From the NCBI GenBank assembly GCA_951812855.1, contig OX638337.1:1410001-1442000 (forward strand): 32,000 nucleotides of DNA, in the 5' to 3' direction. Shown here in pieces: positions 10,185-20,259 of this stretch (position 1 is the stretch's first letter; each line of letters begins with the position of its first letter). Below the pieces are notes generated by a model. It was not told the DNA's origin and searched no databases. It saw nothing but the letters and a program-made list of their open reading frames with translations. The translations under genes were made by a program, and so were the position numbers. This stretch comes from an uncultured Lentisphaeria bacterium (GTDB taxonomy: Bacteria > Verrucomicrobiota > Lentisphaeria > JABSQK01 > JAJFLO01).

Positions 10185-10222
10185 ATGTCAGTAATCTACA
10201 TTTTGACATACTCATGTCAAAA
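10185..10222. promoter_or_regulatory. Three ATGTCA/TGACAT half-sites, including a 9-bp perfect hairpin (10201-10222)
   Basis: ATGTCA (10185-10190), TGACAT (10204-10209) and ATGTCA (10214-10219). TTTTGACAT-actc-ATGTCAAAA forms the hairpin. The sites lie 38-75 nt upstream of the miaB start, in a divergent intergenic region. Confidence 0.35.
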
Positions 10223-10422
10223 ACAGGCCGTCTGCTGATTAGATTACTTTTGGCAATTGATAAGGTCAATATTGCCGTTTAATGATAAGCAGTAAATATC
10301 GAAAAAGCGTTTGCTTGCGGTATAGTAAAACTGATTTTTACAATTTGATACTGTAACAGCAAAAATTAACCGCTGTTTTCTTATAAACTGAATTTTAAAT
10401 AGTAAACTGTATTAACATTCTC

Positions 10423-12216
10423 ATGTTACCACTGTTAGATAAAAACCGGGAACCTCACTGGGTACTGTCCCAGGCTGAAGGATTTGCGAATCAACCAAAA
10501 GACTTTGACTGGCTGGGCAAAAATATTCCATGCCAAAAAGCCTGTCCTGCAGGTACTGATATTCCTGAATATTTACATGCAGTTTCCCAGGGTAATTTTG
10601 AACAGGCTTATTTTATAAATCTAAGAGATAATGTATTTCCTGCTGTACTCGGGCGGGTGTGTTCCAGACCATGTGAGCCGGCTTGCCGGCATGGATGGGA
10701 AGGCTTAGGAGATCCGGTTGCAATCTGTTTTTCAAAACGTTCATCCGCTGATTTTATGCATAAGAATCCAGTTGTATTACCTAAAATATTTGGACCAACA
10801 GATAGAAAAGTTGCGGTTATCGGGGCTGGAGTCGCTGGATTGGCTGCAGCTCGGGATTTAGCGTTATTCGGACATGATGTGGTCGTCTACGAAAAACACT
10901 CATCGCCTGGCGGAATGTTAAATCAGGGGATCCCCGAATTTCGCCTGCCAAGAAGCATAATTGAAAAGGAAGTTCATCAGGTTGAACTCTGTGGTGTTAA
11001 GATTGTTTGCGATACTCATATCGGAGAGACTGTGTCATTGCAGGAACTGGTCATGAAAAATGATGCTGTAATTATGGCAGCGGGTACCTTGAAACCAAAC
11101 ATGCTTCACATTCAGGGGAATCATTTCTCAGGCATCACTCATGGGCTCGATTATTTACTGCAGGTCAACGAATTCAATAACAATCGGATTGGTCAGAATG
11201 TGCTTGTTATTGGTGGTGGATTTACGGCAATGGACTGTGCCAGAACATCGTTGCGTTCCGGTGCAGAGTCTGTCAAGGTTTATTACAGGCGTTCTCGAAA
11301 TGAGATGTTAGTAACTGACGAAGAGATTCGTGAGCTCGAGGTGGAAGGAATACCAATCCACTATCAGGTCGCTCCAATACGTTATCACGGTGACAGTTCA
11401 GGGAGGTTTACAGCAATTGAATTTGTAAAAACTGAGCTTGGTAAGAATGATGAAAGCGGCAGGTGCAAACCAACTGAAATTTCAGGCAGTGAATTTCAGG
11501 TTTCTGCAGATATGGTTCAGCTTGCTACGGGGCAATTCCCTGAAACGGAGTGGATTGATCAATCGTTGAAAACGGATTTGGTTGATAAAAATGGGTGGCT
11601 GATCAGTGGTCATTCAACATCGACTGCGGTTGATAAAATTTTTGTTGCCGGTGATTTTGCTTTAGGTGCGACAACATTAATCGATGCAATTGGCCATGCT
11701 CGGAGATGTGCTCGAGATGTAGATCGGTTCTTATGTGGGAAAGATCGACTGTTTGACGTAGTTTCAGTAGAAAATATCGATAACAACAGTCGTAACCCCA
11801 AGCATAATTCAATTTCACTTCACGTGATGCCGATGATTCCACCTGGTGAAAGGACCTTGACTGCAGAAGTTGAAACCGGCTATCTGAAGGCTGATGCAAA
11901 GAAAGAGGCTTTGCGCTGTTATTTATGCCATTTCAAATATGAGATAGATAATGAACTGTGTATATATTGTGATGGATGCCTCAGGGTAATGCCGGTTGAA
12001 AATTGTATTGTTAAAGTAAATTCATTGACCTATGATGACGATGGACAAATTACAGGCTATATCCGGTCGCAAAACTCGTACGATTATAATATGTTATATA
12101 TTGATCAAAACGAATGTATTCGTTGTGGTGCATGTGCTGATGTTTGCCCGGTGGAGTGTATTCCAATTCAAAAAGTTTCGAAAAAAAATGTTACAGAAGA
12201 TCAATTATGTAAGTAA
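10423..12216 (+). CDS. Glutamate synthase small-subunit-like NAD(P)H:FAD oxidoreductase with a C-terminal 2x[4Fe-4S] ferredoxin domain
   Basis: N-terminal Cys cluster 'CQKACPAG...CSRPCEPAC', Rossmann 'VAVIGAGVAGLAAARDL...YEK...GG' and C-terminal 'CIYCDGC...CIRCGACADVCP'. Confidence 0.85.
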   Translation: MLPLLDKNREPHWVLSQAEGFANQPKDFDWLGKNIPCQKACPAGTDIPEYLHAVSQGNFEQAYFINLRDNVFPAVLGRVCSRPCEPACRHGWEGLGDPVAICFSKRSSADFMHKNPVVLPKIFGPTDRKVAVIGAGVAGLAAARDLALFGHDVVVYEKHSSPGGMLNQGIPEFRLPRSIIEKEVHQVELCGVKIVCDTHIGETVSLQELVMKNDAVIMAAGTLKPNMLHIQGNHFSGITHGLDYLLQVNEFNNNRIGQNVLVIGGGFTAMDCARTSLRSGAESVKVYYRRSRNEMLVTDEEIRELEVEGIPIHYQVAPIRYHGDSSGRFTAIEFVKTELGKNDESGRCKPTEISGSEFQVSADMVQLATGQFPETEWIDQSLKTDLVDKNGWLISGHSTSTAVDKIFVAGDFALGATTLIDAIGHARRCARDVDRFLCGKDRLFDVVSVENIDNNSRNPKHNSISLHVMPMIPPGERTLTAEVETGYLKADAKKEALRCYLCHFKYEIDNELCIYCDGCLRVMPVENCIVKVNSLTYDDDGQITGYIRSQNSYDYNMLYIDQNECIRCGACADVCPVECIPIQKVSKKNVTEDQLCK

Positions 12217-12655
12217 GCTGGCTATGTGATACGGGAAAAAATAGAAAAAATTAAGGGAAATGCCATGGGCATACAGTAATTTTTTCAACGTTTCACGGCA
12301 GCTTTGCCGGCCGCCTCAAATTGACATAATATTTCTTGAACTCTTTTCCTAAAATTATCCCGCGGGATCGCATGAGAGAATCGGTAAAGTCTGTGATTCG
12401 GATTCAACATAAACCACTGTAAAGAAATTGTTACTCTTTACCATTCCGGGATTGCCCCTGCATTAGGTTCTCCTTAAATGAGTTCAACGGGATTGACCGG
12501 TTATTACGATAATACAGTTAATTTTTCGGTCATCTCATCAACTGATATATAATACATAACATATTGAATAAAAGTATATTAAATCGTTTTTCAGGATCGG
12601 CTAAATTAAAGAAACAGATCCAGCCGGCGCTCCAAAATTTGGAGAGGGAAAAATT

Positions 12656-13618
12656 TTATAAAAGGTCTTCGGGAATAGTCAGTCCGACTTTTTGAGTACA
12701 TTCCAAAAAATCACTTGGCAGTTTAGCCTGGAAGGATTTCAATTCTCCCGTAGTTGGATGATGAAGTTTTAATGTCAGGGCATGCAGCATTTGCCTTGGA
12801 AAGAATACATCGTTTACTTTTCTTTTGTTATAAACGGTATCACCGGCAACGGGTAATTTTATATAGGCCAGATGAACACGAATTTGGTGAGTTCTACCGG
12901 TTTTTATATTTATTTTTAGCAGTGAGTAAGCGTTGGATTGTGCTACAACATGGTAGGACGTAATCGCATTTTTTCCATTCTCGGTTACCACACTCATTTT
13001 TTTACGATTTCTCTGGCTGCGACCGATAAGAGTTTCAATCGTACCCGAGTTATAGTCAGATATTCCATGAACTAAGGCCAGATATTCTTTGACGGTATTT
13101 CCTTGCTTAAACTCTTCTGTTAAATTTGATTTCGCCGTTTTATTTTTTGCAACGATCATAACTCCAGTAGTGTTTTTATCGAGACGATGGACGATGCCCG
13201 GTCGTAAATCTGTGTCATGCATTTTGCTGAATGAGGTAAAATCATGATTGAGCAGGGCATTCGCCAGGGTGCCGTCTTTTATTCCTGCTCCGGGATGAAC
13301 GACAAGATACGCAGGTTTATTGATAATCAGTATATCCTGATCTTCGTATATAATTGTAAATTTTATGCCGGGGTCAGGGAGTAATCTATTTTTTTTATTC
13401 TCCGGCCACTCAATTGTTATCCTGTCATTACATGAGAGACTGGATTTTTTTTGAGTATTTTTCCCATTTAGCAAGATGGAACCCTGTTTAATCATTTTCT
13501 GCAAAGTACTTCTGGAGAGGTCAGAAAATTGTTTAGATAAAAACTGGTCCAGTCTCACTCCGGATTCACTTTCGCTTAGTATAATTTCGACATCTCGAAC
13601 AACGGGATCAGGTGACAT
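12656..13618 (-). CDS. rluD: RluA-family 23S rRNA pseudouridine synthase (RluD-like) with an S4 domain
   Basis: S4-like 'RLDQFLS...' and the catalytic motif 'HRLDKNTTGVMIVAKN'. It overlaps the lgt stop by 11 nt. Confidence 0.85.
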   Translation of the reverse strand: MSPDPVVRDVEIILSESESGVRLDQFLSKQFSDLSRSTLQKMIKQGSILLNGKNTQKKSSLSCNDRITIEWPENKKNRLLPDPGIKFTIIYEDQDILIINKPAYLVVHPGAGIKDGTLANALLNHDFTSFSKMHDTDLRPGIVHRLDKNTTGVMIVAKNKTAKSNLTEEFKQGNTVKEYLALVHGISDYNSGTIETLIGRSQRNRKKMSVVTENGKNAITSYHVVAQSNAYSLLKINIKTGRTHQIRVHLAYIKLPVAGDTVYNKRKVNDVFFPRQMLHALTLKLHHPTTGELKSFQAKLPSDFLECTQKVGLTIPEDLL

Positions 13619-14411
13619 TTACTGTTTTCTTGTTTTTGATAAAAAATATGATTCCTATAGGAAATAATATTAAACATATAATTTGTGAAATTGTCATTCC
13701 TGAATAGTACGAAAGATAATCCCCTCTGAAAAACTCGTTTGTAAACCGACCTGCTGAATATAGGACGAGGTAAAGTGAAAATAATTGTCCTTTATGCTTA
13801 AATCTTTTCGCTGAAAATATGAGAATTAGCCACACTCCTATATTAATCAGACTCTGGGAAATTTGTGTTGGGACTACGGGTACACATTCCGTTGCGTAAG
13901 GTGCGATCACATGCTTATTAATTTGCGTAGAAAATATAATTGAATCCGATGGATACTTTATTGAAAACCAGCTGTTAGCAGGGATGCCGAAGCAACAGCC
14001 ATTAATGAGACAGCCGATACGGCCAATTGCTTGTGATAGAGGCAGTGTCAATGCAAACAAATCAGCAATGATCCAAAAATCCAGTTTTTTTCGTTTGATG
14101 TACCAGGTCACAGCGGTCCCTGCACCGATAAAACCGCCATAATAAACTAATCCGCCATGATCAATTCTTATGATTTCTAATAGATTATTGGAATAATCCT
14201 CAAAGTTTAGAACGACATATAAAAGCCTGGCTCCTGTTATCCCACCGAGAATCGCATAAAAACATAAATCAGACACATGTTCAGGATCAATATTGAACTT
14301 TACTGCCCTGTAATGAATAATAAAGAAACCTGCCATTACGGCTGAGGCAACACATATTCCATACCAGTATATAGGGATGTTTCCAACCTGAAATGCGATT
14401 CTGTCGATCAT
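13608..14411 (-). CDS. lgt: Prolipoprotein diacylglyceryl transferase
   Basis: Polytopic membrane ORF with 'IPIYWYGI' and 'GRIGCLINGCCFG', both characteristic of Lgt. Confidence 0.85.
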   Translation of the reverse strand: MIDRIAFQVGNIPIYWYGICVASAVMAGFFIIHYRAVKFNIDPEHVSDLCFYAILGGITGARLLYVVLNFEDYSNNLLEIIRIDHGGLVYYGGFIGAGTAVTWYIKRKKLDFWIIADLFALTLPLSQAIGRIGCLINGCCFGIPANSWFSIKYPSDSIIFSTQINKHVIAPYATECVPVVPTQISQSLINIGVWLILIFSAKRFKHKGQLFSLYLVLYSAGRFTNEFFRGDYLSYYSGMTISQIICLILFPIGIIFFIKNKKTVNVT

Positions 14412-14784
14412 TGATTTACTGCCGGGTTCGTATACTAAAAAGTTTCGTCTCTAATAAGAATGATTCATAAATCGACAGAACCTATTTTCCTTGCTCGCCG
14501 TTTTCAATATTCAATTGTAATTCAAATTGATATTCGGAGGGTCTTACTTTTTAAACAGATTAAGTCTTGGCTTATGATTTCCCTCTATAAACGCAATTAG
14601 CATAATTGAGGAGATTATAACCCTCATTATCGTCAGATATTATACAATCTATTGGAATGTAATCGGTCAGCCTGGTTTGAAAACAGATTGGCAATCAGTA
14701 TTATAGCATTCCAATTTAAAAGACTGACTTTATTTTTTCTTTGTTCAAGATAAACGCATTTATCTTTAAAAAAGGTTTATATAA

Positions 14785-15102
14785 ATGGATGAAAAATCAC
14801 AAGATGTTGATATTAAGCATATTGCCGGTTTAGCTCGATTGAATCTAAATGACAGTGAAATTAGCCGTTATGAAACGGATATAAATGCAGTATTGACTCA
14901 TGCTGAGCAATTGTCAAAGGTTGATTTATCTGATGTCAGCCCCACAGCTCATGCTGTGTCAATTACAAATGTGATTCGAAATGACGATGAAGGCGTGTCA
15001 ATGAGTCGCAGTAACGTCCTGGATAACGCACCGGATGTGCTTGATGATGAGTTAATTAAGGTCCCGGTTGTAATTAGTAGTAATTCGGAGGATTCAGCCT
15101 GA
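14785..15102 (+). CDS. gatC: Asp/Glu-tRNA(Asn/Gln) amidotransferase subunit C
   Basis: 'IAGLARLNL...', 'LDNAPD' and 'KVPVVI', plus its position upstream of gatA and gatB. Confidence 0.85.
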   Translation: MDEKSQDVDIKHIAGLARLNLNDSEISRYETDINAVLTHAEQLSKVDLSDVSPTAHAVSITNVIRNDDEGVSMSRSNVLDNAPDVLDDELIKVPVVISSNSEDSA

Positions 15103-15103
15103 A

Positions 15104-16582
15104 ATGAGTACCGTACAAAAGTTTGTATTCAAACATAACCCGGGTACGATCCACGAAGCATCGGATGCTTTGGAAACTGGAGATCTCAGTTCAGTTAAAT
15201 TATGTGAAGGTTTGATTGACCGAATTGATAGCGTCGACAGCGAAATTAACGGTTTTCTAAGCGTTGACAAAGATCAGATATTGGAGGATGCAACTGCTTC
15301 AGATTCCAGACGGAAAAATGGCAAAGAACTGAGCCCTTACGATGGCATACCCATCGCAATTAAGGATAATATTTCTGTAAAGGATCAGACGTGTGGCTGT
15401 GCATCAAAAATCCTTGAAGGCTTCGCCTCTCCCTATAATGCAACGGTTATTAATAATCTGCGAAAAAATGGTGTTGTTTGTTTCGGACGGACAAATATGG
15501 ACGAGTTTGCAATGGGGTCTACAACAGAGTTCAGTGCTTATAGGAAAACATCAAATCCCTGGGATGTCGGCCGCGTTCCGGGTGGCTCAAGCGGTGGTTC
15601 TGCTGCCGTCATTTCATCAGGGCAGGCACTTGCGGCATTAGGGTCGGATACAGGAGGATCCATTAGGCAGCCTGCGAGTTTTTGCGGTGTTGTAGGGCTA
15701 AAGCCTACCTATGGAAGAGTCTCACGATATGGCTTGGTTGCCTTTGCATCGTCTCTTGATCAGATTGGGCCGATTACCCGTGATGTTGAGGATGCTTCAA
15801 TTTTGTTTGAACTTATCTCTGGTCATGATGAATTGGATTCTACTTCCTTACCTAAGAGCAATTTCAATTACGCTGATTTGCACGATGAATTCGATATTAA
15901 TTCGCTAAAAATTGGTATCCCCAAAGAATTTCTTGAAGTTCAGGGTTTATCAACTGATGTGAAAGGAGCATTTGAAAAATCAATTTCAATTTTCAAATCT
16001 CATGGATGCGGAATTGTTGAAGTAACGTTACCTAATCTTGCTTATGCTGTTTCATCATATTACATCATTGCGACTGCTGAGGCGAGTTCCAATCTTTCCA
16101 GGTTTGATGGTATTCGATATGGAAACCGGGTAGATAAGTCATCAGATTTACTCGACATATATCTGGATTCAAGGGAAAATGGATTTGGAGAAGAAGTAAA
16201 AAGGAGAATTTTGTTAGGTACATATGTTTTAAGCAGCGGCTACTACGATGCATATTATTTGCGGGCACAAAAAATGAGGACACTTATTCGAGATGATTTT
16301 AATAAAGCATTCAGTGCATGTGATTTATTATTGAGTCCAGTTTCTCCAATTTCAGCATATCCATTCGGTTCGGTCAGTGATCCTTTGCAAACGTATTTAT
16401 CTGATATTTATACAATTCCAGTTAATTTAGCCGGGAATTGTGCAATTTCGGTTCCAACATCATTTGATGGCGACGGTATGCCCATTGGAACTCAATTAAT
16501 TGGAAATTTCATGGAAGAAGTAAAGCTTCTTCAGGCAGCAAGTTGGTTTGAATCTGTAAATGATATCGGGAAACAAACATGA
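15104..16582 (+). CDS. gatA: Asp/Glu-tRNA(Asn/Gln) amidotransferase subunit A
   Basis: Amidase signature 'GGSSGGSAA...GSDTGGSIRQPA'. It starts 1 nt after the gatC stop. Confidence 0.95.
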   Translation: MSTVQKFVFKHNPGTIHEASDALETGDLSSVKLCEGLIDRIDSVDSEINGFLSVDKDQILEDATASDSRRKNGKELSPYDGIPIAIKDNISVKDQTCGCASKILEGFASPYNATVINNLRKNGVVCFGRTNMDEFAMGSTTEFSAYRKTSNPWDVGRVPGGSSGGSAAVISSGQALAALGSDTGGSIRQPASFCGVVGLKPTYGRVSRYGLVAFASSLDQIGPITRDVEDASILFELISGHDELDSTSLPKSNFNYADLHDEFDINSLKIGIPKEFLEVQGLSTDVKGAFEKSISIFKSHGCGIVEVTLPNLAYAVSSYYIIATAEASSNLSRFDGIRYGNRVDKSSDLLDIYLDSRENGFGEEVKRRILLGTYVLSSGYYDAYYLRAQKMRTLIRDDFNKAFSACDLLLSPVSPISAYPFGSVSDPLQTYLSDIYTIPVNLAGNCAISVPTSFDGDGMPIGTQLIGNFMEEVKLLQAASWFESVNDIGKQT

Positions 16583-18018
16583 AGTTTGATGTTATTATCG
16601 GGTTGGAAGTTCATGTCCAGGTCATGACAAAATCTAAAATGTTTTGCAGTTGCCCGAACCGATATGGTTCAGATCCCAATACGTTAGTCTGTCCGATATG
16701 CATGGGATATCCCGGTGTACTGCCTGTTCCTAATAACGAGGCAATACGTAAAACATTATTGGCCGGGTTGATGTGCGAATGTAACATTGCTCTTTACAGT
16801 AAATTTGACCGTAAGAGTTATTTCTATCCGGATATGCCTAAAAATTATCAAATTTCACAATATGATCTGCCGTTTTGTGAGGATGGAAAAGTGGTTATTT
16901 CCGGGAAAGGGCTCTCGAAAGAATTTGTAGAAACAAAACCTATAGGTATTACGCGTATTCATTTGGAAGAGGATGTTGCTAAATCGACTCATTTCAGACA
17001 ATGCAGCGGTATCGATTTTAATCGGGCTGGCGTTCCTTTAATGGAAATTGTCAGCGAACCGGATATATCAACGCCGGACGAAGCATACATTTATTTAACC
17101 GCATTAAAACAGATCATGCAATATGCTGACATCAGTGACTGTGATATGGAGAAAGGTCAAATGCGGTGTGATGTGAACGTATCCTTAAAATCACCTGAAT
17201 CGCCGACATTAAATGCTAAAACAGAGGTAAAAAATTTAAATAGTCTCAAGGCAGTTCACCGTTCCTTACTCTATGAAACAGAGCGGCAATCGGAGGTACT
17301 GGAAGGAAATGGTCAACTTATTCAGCAGACACGAGGTTGGAACGATGATATAGGTGAAACGTATATTTTAAGAACAAAAGAAGATGCTGCGGATTATCGA
17401 TATTTTCCTGAACCCGATCTCATGCCTGTAGAGATATCATCAGATTATTTAGAAAAATTAAAAAAGGAAGTACCGGAAACACCGGCTCAACGGTGTGCCC
17501 GGTTTATTCGTGAATTTGCTATCCCGGAATATGATGCATCTGTATTAACATCAAATAAATCATGTGCTGATTACTTTGAAAAATGTATCAGTTTTGGCTC
17601 TGACGCTAAAAAAACATCAAACTGGACAATGGTTGAGCTGTTAAGAGAATTATCTCAAGCAAATAAGACATTTGATCAATGCCCTGTCAACCCTGAGAAT
17701 TTTGCCGAACTGATTAAATTGATTGATAATAAAACCATTAACGGAAAAATTGCAAAAGCAGTGTTTAGTGACATGTTTAGTTCCGGAAAAACAGCGTTGG
17801 AAATCATTGATGAAAAAGGATTAAAACAGGTCACCGATACTGACGAGATTCTTCAGTTTGTGAAAAAAGCTGTTGAATCTAATCCAACCCCTGTACAGCA
17901 GTTAAAGGAAGGGAAATCAACAGCATTGAATTTCCTGGTTGGGCAAGTCATGAAGTTTAGTAAAGGAAAAGCAAATCCACAATTGGCTTCTGATATGATA
18001 AAGAAGGAATTAAGCTAG
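16579..18018 (+). CDS. gatB: Asp/Glu-tRNA(Asn/Gln) amidotransferase subunit B
   Basis: 'IGLEVHVQ', 'CPICMGYPGVLP' and 'RIHLEEDVAKS'. ATGA overlap with gatA. Confidence 0.95.
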   Translation: MKFDVIIGLEVHVQVMTKSKMFCSCPNRYGSDPNTLVCPICMGYPGVLPVPNNEAIRKTLLAGLMCECNIALYSKFDRKSYFYPDMPKNYQISQYDLPFCEDGKVVISGKGLSKEFVETKPIGITRIHLEEDVAKSTHFRQCSGIDFNRAGVPLMEIVSEPDISTPDEAYIYLTALKQIMQYADISDCDMEKGQMRCDVNVSLKSPESPTLNAKTEVKNLNSLKAVHRSLLYETERQSEVLEGNGQLIQQTRGWNDDIGETYILRTKEDAADYRYFPEPDLMPVEISSDYLEKLKKEVPETPAQRCARFIREFAIPEYDASVLTSNKSCADYFEKCISFGSDAKKTSNWTMVELLRELSQANKTFDQCPVNPENFAELIKLIDNKTINGKIAKAVFSDMFSSGKTALEIIDEKGLKQVTDTDEILQFVKKAVESNPTPVQQLKEGKSTALNFLVGQVMKFSKGKANPQLASDMIKKELS

Positions 18019-18023
18019 GCTGT

Positions 18024-18485
18024 TTATTTTGTATTTGCGGGCTGAAACAATTGTCGATGTTCTTTGAGCATATTTGATACATTTTCAGAATTAATATCTA
18101 TATATCTCAGTGCGAATACTTCTTCCAGACTCGAATTCATTAATTGTTTATCGTATGAACGTAATCCCCGGGGGACAACACATGCAGAGATTTCGTTCTC
18201 GAATATCATGCCTCCCTTATTGCAGAGATTATTGGTAAGAAGACCTAATAATAATTTTCCTTCATTTATTTTTATCCAGGTCTTACTGCCTGTAAAGTTT
18301 CCCGGAAGGTCTGTCAAGAGAATTATAATATTGCATTTTTCATGTTTAATCACCAGATCATCAATCATTCCTGCGTCGACGTGCAGGTCGGGATCGAACG
18401 AGCTATCCTCAATTGTATTTGATTCCTTGTTTTCGATACTTATAAATTCTTCTTTAATCCCGTTAATGTATCGATAAATTCCCAT
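18024..18485 (-). CDS. Hypothetical protein; probably the 3' part of a gene interrupted by an in-frame TAA (see findings)
   Basis: ORF in the same frame as 18519..18860, separated from it by one stop and 11 sense codons. Confidence 0.5.
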   Translation of the reverse strand: MGIYRYINGIKEEFISIENKESNTIEDSSFDPDLHVDAGMIDDLVIKHEKCNIIILLTDLPGNFTGSKTWIKINEGKLLLGLLTNNLCNKGGMIFENEISACVVPRGLRSYDKQLMNSSLEEVFALRYIDINSENVSNMLKEHRQLFQPANTK

Positions 18486-18518
18486 TTTAAACCCTTCAAT
18501 AAACGCATCATGGTAATT

Positions 18519-18860
18519 TTAACCCGTTTCAGTCTGCTGTTTATTAACGATCAATGCCTGTGATTCACCTCTTGCTAATAGTGAAAATTGCTTGCCAAAG
18601 TAATGGCCTAATGCTCGTTGTGAGGTGAGTTCGTTTTCTAATCGCTGCTGTTTTACGTTTGCATTGCCAGGTTGAGAATTAATTGTTAAGACTATTAGAG
18701 CAATTAGAGATCCCGATGCCCAGAAAACGGCAGCTGAGTTTGTGCCCATTATTTTATCCAATTTAAAATTTGACGACAAGGGATGTCGTTTCCGCGATTT
18801 TGAATTTCGGAACGATAAAATGGTGAGTGATAATGTTATGATCAAAAATAAATATTGCAT
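18519..18860 (-). CDS. Hypothetical signal-anchor protein; probably the 5' part of the interrupted gene. A likelier start is the internal Met at 18749.
   Basis: 'MGTNSAAVFWASGSLIALIVLTI' forms a hydrophobic anchor. The ORF ends at TAA 18519-18521, in frame with the downstream ORF. Confidence 0.45.
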   Translation of the reverse strand: MQYLFLIITLSLTILSFRNSKSRKRHPLSSNFKLDKIMGTNSAAVFWASGSLIALIVLTINSQPGNANVKQQRLENELTSQRALGHYFGKQFSLLARGESQALIVNKQQTETG

Positions 18861-19222
18861 AACAGTTTACGAAAAGTTAATTATTGAAAGTATTAACGCG
18901 ATTGTAGAAACTCTGTATAAACCGGAGTAATTAAGCCTCAATAGTCCTTGAGCTAAACGGCTAAGCCTTATGAATAGATCATATGTGGTAAAATCATCCG
19001 GCTAAACAGAGATGAAATTTGTTTCAGCATTCATAATCTGATTTGTTAAGTGTACTGTCACCTTCAACAGTTTAAAATAATCTTTCACAATCAGCAACCA
19101 AGAATTGATTTTCGTCATTCGAAAATAAGAGTATTGCACCTTTGTTTAGCTATGGTAAATATTAACATTATGCAATTGACTCCAGTTGAAAATTTTTCGA
19201 TCTGATTTATATATCAGAAAAT

Positions 19223-20023
19223 ATGGATAATACGTACTTATATAACCAATATCAATTACGTATCCAGCAGTTTTCCCTCGTGGAACTGCTTGTTGTTTTA
19301 GTCATTATGGGAGTTATGCTGGGAATGTTTCTACCTGTCTTCAATAATATGACCTCTCGGAATAAACTGAATTCCAGTATTCGCATAATAGGATCCCGGA
19401 TAAATCTGGCCCGTCAATATGCACAATCCAATCGTGAATTTGCTGCGTTGATTACTCCTGCTGAATTAACGAACGTCGCACCAGTTACCAACCCCGCTTT
19501 GGATTTGGATGATGAAAAAAAATATAGAGCCTATCGATTGGCAGTTGTTACCCTAAGTGCCGGCACTTATACGTTTAGCAGTTGGATCGAAGGGACAAAG
19601 TGGGAATATCTGCCAACGGGTTATTCTCTTATGGAAGTTGACGATGATATGGGGGTTCAAAAAATCGTTGGAGGATCTCTTGCTTATACAACCGATCCGG
19701 AAGATAATAATGCAAGCAAGGTTAATGGGGTTCCGTTTGATTCGCCTTTGTTCGATGCGACAACTGATTTTACCGCAACCTGCAGAGCACTTATTTTCGC
19801 AAAATCAGGTAAACCGCGACCCGTAGGCGATCATCGCTATGTAACCATTGGTGAAGCAACCAGGTTAAATGGTTTTTGGGTTGTAAAAAACCCGTTTACA
19901 GACTCAGATACCGCAGCGGATAATCCGAACAGAAGTGCGTCCAATCAACTGACGATCAAAGTCAATGCATTTACTGCAGGTTTGAAATATATTGTGCCTG
20001 AGAAATATACTGATTATGACTGA
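19223..20023 (+). CDS. Prepilin-type N-terminal cleavage/methylation domain protein (pseudopilin-like)
   Basis: 'QQFSLVELLVVLVIMGVMLG' matches the class III signal / N-methylation motif, with Glu at +5 relative to Phe. Confidence 0.7.
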   Translation: MDNTYLYNQYQLRIQQFSLVELLVVLVIMGVMLGMFLPVFNNMTSRNKLNSSIRIIGSRINLARQYAQSNREFAALITPAELTNVAPVTNPALDLDDEKKYRAYRLAVVTLSAGTYTFSSWIEGTKWEYLPTGYSLMEVDDDMGVQKIVGGSLAYTTDPEDNNASKVNGVPFDSPLFDATTDFTATCRALIFAKSGKPRPVGDHRYVTIGEATRLNGFWVVKNPFTDSDTAADNPNRSASNQLTIKVNAFTAGLKYIVPEKYTDYD

Positions 20024-20259
20024 TTCATTTTTTCTAAGGTCTATAGGTTTCGTTTTCAACTTTTTCGTCGGTTTGATATAGTAATGCTGTGACATCACCA
20101 CACTGTTAATCTATTAAATTTACAGTCGGCAATCCAGTTTTTTAATCATTCTGGAAATTAGGAGAAGTTCCGTTTCGGTTGCTGTTCTTTTGATTTAATT
20201 AGTTTATTGAAGTGCTAATTTTATAAGATTAACCGTGTATAATTTCAAAGGAAAGACCT

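Noticed and set aside
18016-18026. gatB and the convergent 18024 ORF stop only 5 nt apart
   Set aside because: This is tight convergent packing with no room for a structured element. I note it but do not treat it as a separate signal.
19557-19826. Alternate-frame 89-aa ORF inside the pseudopilin-like gene
   Set aside because: It is nested in a frame that carries the prepilin motif, and it has no features of its own.
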